IMG/VR virus record: IMGVR_UViG_3300037247_000810
Span: 1-64,000 of that record
Source of the DNA: a virus
Reading direction: 5' to 3' (one strand)
Length of the DNA stretch: 64,000 nucleotides
The notes under the pieces are model-generated. The model was not told the origin of the DNA. It worked only from the letters and a program-made list of their open reading frames with translations, and ran no database searches. Made by a program: the position numbers and the translations under genes. This document shows, piece after piece, positions 57,612-64,000 of the stretch; positions within the stretch are counted from its first letter, which is position 1; every line of letters starts with the position of its first letter.

Positions 57612-58038
57612 TATGCGGCACCTGGCTGTAAAAGAAGGGCCAAGCATGAGACATAACCCGAAGGCGATGGCACAGGTTCTCACAGTCGAAGGCTTCCTTC
57701 GCTGGTGCGAGGGCAAACCACTGAACGCGCAGGACTTCAAGAGCCAAGTATGAAGTACAGCAATAAGGTTGACATGGGGACTCTCTGCGAATGCGGTGCC
57801 CCACTACGTGAGCATCGAGGTACGGCGGCTCAATGTCCACCTCTCAACGACTTTGGGCAGACGTTCCGGCCAGCCGACAAGGGCATCGCCCAGAAGGAGG
57901 GCCAAGCACGAGCATGAGCAATCAATTATGGATAGCCGAGACACGGAATGGGGCCACGGTGGGCTGGCTCGTCATAGACAAGCGGACGGGCCAAATCGTG
58001 CGCGCCATTCGCTACGCAGATCGATAGGAGGGCCAAGC

Positions 58039-58422
58039 ATGAGAACATACGAGCAACTGGCAGAAACCGAGCCGGAGCACGACTTCCGACTCGAAGGCGA
58101 AGGGCCAATGACCTCGGTATTCCGGCTGATCCCGCTGACCACCGTGGCCAAGGTGTGGGTCGCGCTGAACGTGGGCGAGGGCGGAGAAGACTTCCAGCCC
58201 GACTACCCTACGCTCTACGTGGAGCACAGGTATATCGAGCCCCTGCTAGAAGGCATCGGCGAGGCGGGCTTGACCGTCAATGTCATAGAGCGGGCGGTAG
58301 CCGCTAGCACGCCGGGCAGCGCACGCTTGTGCCAGCACTGTAACGAGCCGGTCGCTGGTGCTGGCACCTGCCCACATTGCGGGCTACAGGCGGCGCGTGA
58401 AACTTACCACGGAAGGGCCTAG
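58039..58422 (+). CDS. hypothetical early protein with C-terminal zinc ribbon
   Basis: GGAGGGCCAAGCATG; CQHC...CPHC. Confidence 0.55.
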   Translation: MRTYEQLAETEPEHDFRLEGEGPMTSVFRLIPLTTVAKVWVALNVGEGGEDFQPDYPTLYVEHRYIEPLLEGIGEAGLTVNVIERAVAASTPGSARLCQHCNEPVAGAGTCPHCGLQAARETYHGRA

Positions 58423-58423
58423 C

Positions 58424-58630
58424 ATGACGGTACATTCACACGCCCCATGCCAGGACTGCGGAGAGATGCGGGCGATCATGCCCACGACGGGCCAAGACGG
58501 CACCAAGAAGGCCAAGCGGTGTGCGCCCTGCCTGCGGAAACTGCGCGGGCGACCGCCCATCGTAAGCCAAGATGATCGCCGCCTGCAAAAACTAGCGGAG
58601 AAGCACAAGAGAGAGGAGGCCAAGGCGTGA
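58424..58630 (+). CDS. small zinc-binding early protein
   Basis: CQDC...CAPC; RBS motif. Confidence 0.5.
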   Translation: MTVHSHAPCQDCGEMRAIMPTTGQDGTKKAKRCAPCLRKLRGRPPIVSQDDRRLQKLAEKHKREEAKA

Positions 58631-58785
58631 CGTACAAGATCATCCGGTTCCGGCTCAATAGCAGCTCGCGCACCATCAAGCGGGGCCTGAGTCTGGAAGA
58701 GGCACAGGCACACTGCAAGCGGGAAGACACCCACGGGCCAGGTTGGTTCGACGGGTATGACCAGGAATAGGGAGGAGGGCCAAGA

Positions 58786-59859
58786 ATGAGTAAAACCAAC
58801 GCACAGGTGCAAGAGGCATTCGGCCAGGGTAAGGCGGCCAGCAACAGTCGGGCCACGCTAGAGAGCAGGGCTCCATTCAACGAGCCTAACTATACGTTCC
58901 TAACGTCCTACCAAACCACTATCGCCATCCGTCGGGCCAAAGATGGGGCTGAATTCCACGATGCCCATCACTACAGCCCGACAACGAGCCAGCATCAGCG
59001 GGGCCACTATGACCAGCCCAACTTCAGTTTCGATTGCGTTGCGGAGCTAATAGGGCCTCGCTGGTATGAGACGGCGCACATCCTGGACTGGGGGCCAAGG
59101 CAGTGCTCCAACCCTGAGTGCCAACGGGAGCGCGACGTCCAAGGCGAAGCCTTCCGCGTTGGCCTTATGAAGTGGTACGGCGACATCTTCAGCAAATGCT
59201 GGGGCCTGGGCGACCCGCAGGATCGGCACGATGTCACGATCCCCGCCTACACCAACGGGCATTGGCCTCACGTCGCCGCCGTCCTGCTGTCGTTTGACAG
59301 CAGGGGCCAGCAGGTGCTCTGCGGCTTCGAGCGGGGCAAGGCACTACCGCCCTTCGGCCGCACTGACCAGTTGTGGGCGACCATCCTGCCGTTCCGCGTA
59401 CATGACGTGGTGCAGGCGTTCGAGGCGCTAAAGCCCTCTTACGTGCGGAACGCCGAGCACAGCAACGCCATCGGCCAAACCGCCGAACCGCGCATACGCG
59501 CCGAAGAGGTGCCCACAGTGGCCATCCATCGGCAAGGCGACCTGTACTTTGTCGAATGCCCCAACGGGCACGGGCCACCGAAGGCAGCCGTCAAGCTGGA
59601 CGGGGCAACGCTCCCGCCGGGGGAGCGCGCCAGTCACCAGGCCAACCAAGTGCGCGTAGTATTCGGTGATGACGCGGCGCAAGCATTTCACGCGGGCACG
59701 GGTGTATGGCGCATCTGGGCCAAGGGCAACGTCGATCACCCTGAGCACGCCCGCCTGCGCCTGAAGGGATGGCACCGCGTCCTACAGTCGGCGGCGGTAC
59801 GCGGCGCGTCTAGCGCCTACAGGCACCCAATGGGCGGTGGAAGCGTAGGCATCGACTGA
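58786..59859 (+). CDS. phage protein with RQGD...H...H.EH motif
   Basis: Long ORF with RBS motif; putative metal-binding His cluster. Confidence 0.65.
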   Translation: MSKTNAQVQEAFGQGKAASNSRATLESRAPFNEPNYTFLTSYQTTIAIRRAKDGAEFHDAHHYSPTTSQHQRGHYDQPNFSFDCVAELIGPRWYETAHILDWGPRQCSNPECQRERDVQGEAFRVGLMKWYGDIFSKCWGLGDPQDRHDVTIPAYTNGHWPHVAAVLLSFDSRGQQVLCGFERGKALPPFGRTDQLWATILPFRVHDVVQAFEALKPSYVRNAEHSNAIGQTAEPRIRAEEVPTVAIHRQGDLYFVECPNGHGPPKAAVKLDGATLPPGERASHQANQVRVVFGDDAAQAFHAGTGVWRIWAKGNVDHPEHARLRLKGWHRVLQSAAVRGASSAYRHPMGGGSVGID

Positions 59860-60104
59860 TGGCTAGTGATGAGCACATGGTCAAGTTCGGTACGCTACAC
59901 CCTGACGAGTCGCTAACGAACGTCCGGCACATCCCCCAAGCGGACATCGGGGCCTGCCCGCACGCGATCTTCCATCCCGATCATTACCGGCTTGACGGTA
60001 CATGCAGGTGCGACGACCCCGACGAGAGGGCCAAGATGATCGCGGAGTGGGGTTATGAAGCCAGCGACTTCGAGGGGCCAACAAGAGAGGAGGCCAAGGC
60101 ATGA
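59859..60104 (+). CDS. hypothetical early protein
   Basis: TGATG-coupled. Confidence 0.55.
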   Translation: MASDEHMVKFGTLHPDESLTNVRHIPQADIGACPHAIFHPDHYRLDGTCRCDDPDERAKMIAEWGYEASDFEGPTREEAKA

Positions 60105-60808
60105 CAAACAGGAGCTATCTCAAAAACATGCTGCGCTGTATTGAGGCATGGCTCGGCACGGCGGAGCGTTACTGCGGCGATGAGCGAACCCTCGGTAACG
60201 TCCTAGAGCACATCAAGGCGGCCCAGAGACAAGTACACGCCGCCGAGGAGGCCGAGGTCAGCGACTTCGAGGGGCCAACGAGAGAGGAGGCCAAGGTAAG
60301 AGAATACTACACGCTAGTCGACCGGGACGTCGGGAAGAATTGGCTGTTGGCCTTCGAGCAGACGTGGTTGGTCAGCGACTTCATGGGCCGAATACTGCCG
60401 ACCGATGTGGGCAAGCGGGTCTACCAACAGGGCGACGTACTCCAAATCGAGAGCAATAATCAACGCTCACGCCGCTTTGGGATATGGCCTTGGTGCGAGT
60501 GTATGGACACACTCTGTCGCGCAACGATCGCGGATACTGGCCATCATCCGGCGAGCGGACGCCCACCAGCGGTCGGCTGCGGCCAGCCTGCGGTCATGCG
60601 CCTATTCCAAGTGACCATGCTCCAAGTGACTATAATGGTGCATAGGACACTGCTCGTGGAAGGCAAGCCAATCGCCTTCTGCGAGCCATGCGGGGACAAT
60701 GCTCTGCAATCGGGCGCGTTCGCCACCAGTGAGGACACGGCGGCTGCGCTGCGGGCAGAAGAAGTCCATTACATCACACACGGCTACCCGCCGGAAGAGG
60801 GCCAGTGA
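60101..60808 (+). CDS. hypothetical early protein (apparent fusion)
   Basis: Contains an internal copy of the 38-bp RBS cassette. Confidence 0.5.
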   Translation: MTNRSYLKNMLRCIEAWLGTAERYCGDERTLGNVLEHIKAAQRQVHAAEEAEVSDFEGPTREEAKVREYYTLVDRDVGKNWLLAFEQTWLVSDFMGRILPTDVGKRVYQQGDVLQIESNNQRSRRFGIWPWCECMDTLCRATIADTGHHPASGRPPAVGCGQPAVMRLFQVTMLQVTIMVHRTLLVEGKPIAFCEPCGDNALQSGAFATSEDTAAALRAEEVHYITHGYPPEEGQ

Positions 60809-61140
60809 TGGACGGGGCACCGCAGATTATGAGGCTGGCCGAAGCGGTACTTCGCTCCGGTGACGTTGAGGAAGCAGAGCGGGCTTTCGCCGCATTGGCC
60901 GCCGCCGATATTCACGCAGCGAACGACCTGGCCCGCGTCCTAATTCGAGCCATACCTCAGTCGGGGCCAATGTGGACGGCCATCTTACGTCAAGCGATGA
61001 CCAGCCAACTGGTCGATCAGTACAACCAGGAACAAGAGCAGCCCAAGCCAATAGACTGGGGTCAAACGGACGCGGCGGACACTGCCGATGGGATAGCCGC
61101 TCGGATGGGATGGCGGGATGTGGAGCGCCAAGGGGCATGA
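60808..61140 (+). CDS. hypothetical early protein
   Basis: Coupled ORF. Confidence 0.5.
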   Translation: MDGAPQIMRLAEAVLRSGDVEEAERAFAALAAADIHAANDLARVLIRAIPQSGPMWTAILRQAMTSQLVDQYNQEQEQPKPIDWGQTDAADTADGIAARMGWRDVERQGA

Positions 61141-61616
61141 GGAAGCTGATCTACGCCGTAACACTGGCGCTAGCACTCTGTGCCATCGCCCAGGAGCTAG
61201 CAAGGGCGGGGGCATGAGAGCTTGTAACGTTTGGGACGGTGGCGGCGTTATACAGTTGAGGGTGCAGCGCAGGCAGTGGGCTGCTGCCCGCCGCTCCCCT
61301 CACTCCTACCGAGCGGCACGGATGCCGCGACGGGGCCAAGAGCGGGGTGCCCCGTCGCCGGTCAGCAGTTTCGTGGCCAAGTCGTCTCAGCTTGGCCCGC
61401 CTTCCTTCCTGCTGATCGGCGACAGGCCACCCGGCCCGAATCTTACAGAAGGGGGTGATCAGTATGGGCATAACGGAGTACACGCGCTGGTGGATTACGC
61501 ATCCCTGGCACGTGACGGGCACGCCAGAGAGCGGTAAGGTGCCGCCGGACTGTGATTGTGATACCTGCACGGAGAAGCGAGCCAGGGCTGCTAGGCCCTA
61601 GAGAGGAGGCCAAGAT

Positions 61617-61979
61617 ATGACGGAGTACCTAGACCTGCTGGATTTGGCCGAGGAATTGGCCGATCTGAAGGAACGAACGGAGTCGGAGGATGATCCGCTG
61701 GACGATGCCGATAAGGAACGGCTGGCCGCCTTGGTCGAGCTAGAGGGCCAACTGTGCACCGACATAGCGGATTACGCCTCGAACGAGCAGATGTTGATCC
61801 CCGAAGAGGAGTTCGAGGACTACGCCCAGGAGTTTGCTTACGACGTGGACTTCGCGTCGCGGGCCGATGATAACCCGTTGCACGCATTCATCGACTGGGC
61901 GGGGTGGGCCAACTACATCAAGGACGACTACACCGAGGTCACGTTTGAGGGCCAGACCTACCTGATTCGAGCTTACTAG
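61617..61979 (+). CDS. ArdA-like acidic anti-restriction / DNA-mimic protein
   Basis: Very Asp/Glu-rich; FEDYAQE...FIDW..WA.....DY pattern. Confidence 0.6.
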   Translation: MTEYLDLLDLAEELADLKERTESEDDPLDDADKERLAALVELEGQLCTDIADYASNEQMLIPEEEFEDYAQEFAYDVDFASRADDNPLHAFIDWAGWANYIKDDYTEVTFEGQTYLIRAY

Positions 61980-61993
61980 AGAGGAGGCCAGAT

Positions 61994-62536
61994 ATGGCAA
62001 GACAGCAGTTTGAACGAGGCCAGACGGTCTACGTACACCGCTACAGTGGCCGTTGGCAGAAGGCAATCGTGGCCGACCCGGACATCGTGAAGATGTCCCC
62101 CGGCTGGCACGGCAAGAAGCGGGCCATCAACTACGTCGGGGTCAACTACGTTGATATGGTCGGCGTCGACCGCCAGTGGGACATACTGAACAACCGGCTG
62201 CGTATCATCACCGAAGAGGAGAACGCGAAGCTCGACCGGGCCAAGGACATCGGCAAGCTGCACCAGATCATCGCCGACTACCGCGCCTTCGAGACGAATT
62301 TCGCCAAGTACGTCGAGCAGGCCAGAATCATCCTTGAGGAACAAGTCACCAAGGCTGGCCTGGACGACATCGACGAGTTGGCCCACTACCTGCGCGGGAC
62401 GTTCAGCTTCCGAGGCGACTACAGCCGCTTGACGCGGGGCGAGGTGCGGAAGGTGCGTGCCGACAAGCGGACGGAAGCGCAGGCGGCACAGGTGACGCTA
62501 CAGGTGCTAGGCGAGCCGCCGCCGGAGCTACCCTAG
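61994..62536 (+). CDS. hypothetical early protein
   Basis: GAGGAGGCC RBS motif. Confidence 0.6.
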   Translation: MARQQFERGQTVYVHRYSGRWQKAIVADPDIVKMSPGWHGKKRAINYVGVNYVDMVGVDRQWDILNNRLRIITEEENAKLDRAKDIGKLHQIIADYRAFETNFAKYVEQARIILEEQVTKAGLDDIDELAHYLRGTFSFRGDYSRLTRGEVRKVRADKRTEAQAAQVTLQVLGEPPPELP

Positions 62537-62794
62537 ATGTCTATCGATGATGACGACACCTGCGTAACACTAACTCAAGAAGAGTTGGATGCTCTGATTG
62601 AGAAAGAGTGTCAGCGGTCGCTAGGTATCTCCCGTGAGACGTTCATCCAGCGATACAATGATGGGACGTTCAGACGCGAGGGCAACGGCTGCATATGCTG
62701 TGCTCGTGATGGCAAGGTGCGAAGCATCTCAATATGGTTCGGCATAAGCGGACGAGAAGAGTTGAACGAGGAGGCCCGCACCCATGACCAATGA
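62537..62794 (+). CDS. hypothetical early protein
   Basis: Adjacent ORF. Confidence 0.5.
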   Translation: MSIDDDDTCVTLTQEELDALIEKECQRSLGISRETFIQRYNDGTFRREGNGCICCARDGKVRSISIWFGISGREELNEEARTHDQ

Positions 62795-63209
62795 AATCGA
62801 GCGGATGTTCGAGCAAGAGGGCCATCGGCTGAAGGCGGCCATAGGACGGCTGAATGAGATCGGGGCCTTTGGTGGCCAGGTCTGCGAGGCGGTGGACGAA
62901 TACGGGTGGGAGCTAATGTGCGATACCTGGGCCGCGTCGGCGAACTTCAGCGACGCCTATGGAGCGGGCGACGCGGACGAGCCGGGCCAAAAAGCCAACG
63001 TCACGGTGTTCTGCGCCGCACTCGGCGGACGACTATTGCCCACGTTCGTCCCCCATAACTATACGGCAGAATGCTGGTGCGATCTGACCAACGGCGAGGG
63101 TAAGGAAGAGCTACTTATGCGGCTGGACGATCTGGAAGAGTGCCTAGAATCCTTCGCCGAGGCCATCAAGGAAAACCTGGCCGCGCTAGAGCGGGAAGGG
63201 GCCTTGTAG
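62784..63209 (+). CDS. acidic hypothetical early protein
   Basis: GAGGAGG RBS. Confidence 0.6.
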   Translation: MTNEIERMFEQEGHRLKAAIGRLNEIGAFGGQVCEAVDEYGWELMCDTWAASANFSDAYGAGDADEPGQKANVTVFCAALGGRLLPTFVPHNYTAECWCDLTNGEGKEELLMRLDDLEECLESFAEAIKENLAALEREGAL

Positions 63210-63213
63210 TCCG

Positions 63214-63510
63214 ATGGAATCGCCTGCCCCTGCTGACTGCCTGCCGATCCGCATCGGGGCCTTCATGTCGAAGGGCGCAATGCTGTGTGGGGGCTGCGGG
63301 ATAGTACACCAACAAGAGCCACACCCGCAGCCTAACTGCCGGTTCCTGATGTTGATCTATATGCCAGTTATGGAACGGGCCGCGCCCGCGATGGCCCGTT
63401 CTATGCCATTCATCGGTGGCCCGCGCACACCGCCGGTCGAGATCGCCCACGTGTCGATGGCCAGCCACCCAGCGGTACAGCATCTCATGAGATTCCTGCA
63501 TTGGAATTAG
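63214..63510 (+). CDS. hypothetical protein
   Basis: ORF with CGGC motif. Confidence 0.4.
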   Translation: MESPAPADCLPIRIGAFMSKGAMLCGGCGIVHQQEPHPQPNCRFLMLIYMPVMERAAPAMARSMPFIGGPRTPPVEIAHVSMASHPAVQHLMRFLHWN

Positions 63511-64000
63511 CGGTCGTGGTCGTGAATCTGATTCACTATTGGGGGTTCAGGGCCAGAAATTGCTGCCGATACTATCACTGAAAGGGGGTCGATGACTATG
63601 CCACGAAAGTCGTCAAAGGGTTCAAAGTACCCACAGCCAAGCCTGCCAATCGTCAAACTGGACAATGTGCCAGGGCCGGAAGATGACGTCGGTGCACTCA
63701 GAGCCCACTACCAGCAAGTGCAAAACGCTTTCGCCACACATCGATACGATGATGTGATCCAGGCTTGCCATTGGTGCCTCGATATGGAAGCGGGCCTAGG
63801 CTACTCCAAGACGGATGAGACCAGGGGCACGCGGATGTTCTGTTCGGGCCGATGCGCCAGCGCCTACTGCGCCTATCAGGTGAAGGTGTTGCACTGCGAC
63901 AAGAAGGCGCAGCAGCAAGCTCGCCCACCGGAGGACGAGGGCGACGATCCAGCAGACGACGCCAGCGAGGCCCCACCAGAACCAGCACCGGAGCCGGAGG

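Overview
This window looks like most of a GC-rich, long-tailed (siphovirus-like) bacteriophage genome; no integrase or endolysin is recognisable. 0-10 kb (minus): replication and DNA-modification genes. 10-41 kb (minus): full morphogenesis operon from terminase to tail fibre, with about 7 kb of extra virion-like genes between terminase and portal. 42.5-46.8 kb (minus): one sigma70-promoter-driven RNA operon. It holds 42 CCA-ending tRNAs covering all 20 amino acids, packed almost all with zero-nucleotide spacers. It also holds an apparently intact but structurally reduced RNase P RNA gene (45813-46142), four anticodon-less mini-tRNAs (acceptor stem plus T arm) that each head a non-tRNA insert, and several unknown structured RNAs. 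I infer a self-processing tRNA operon in which a phage-encoded RNase P ribozyme matures both tRNA ends with one cut per junction. 47-64 kb: small accessory and early genes and a divergent control region with repeated promoter-like and RBS motifs. All calls come from manual motif reading; no database searches were run.
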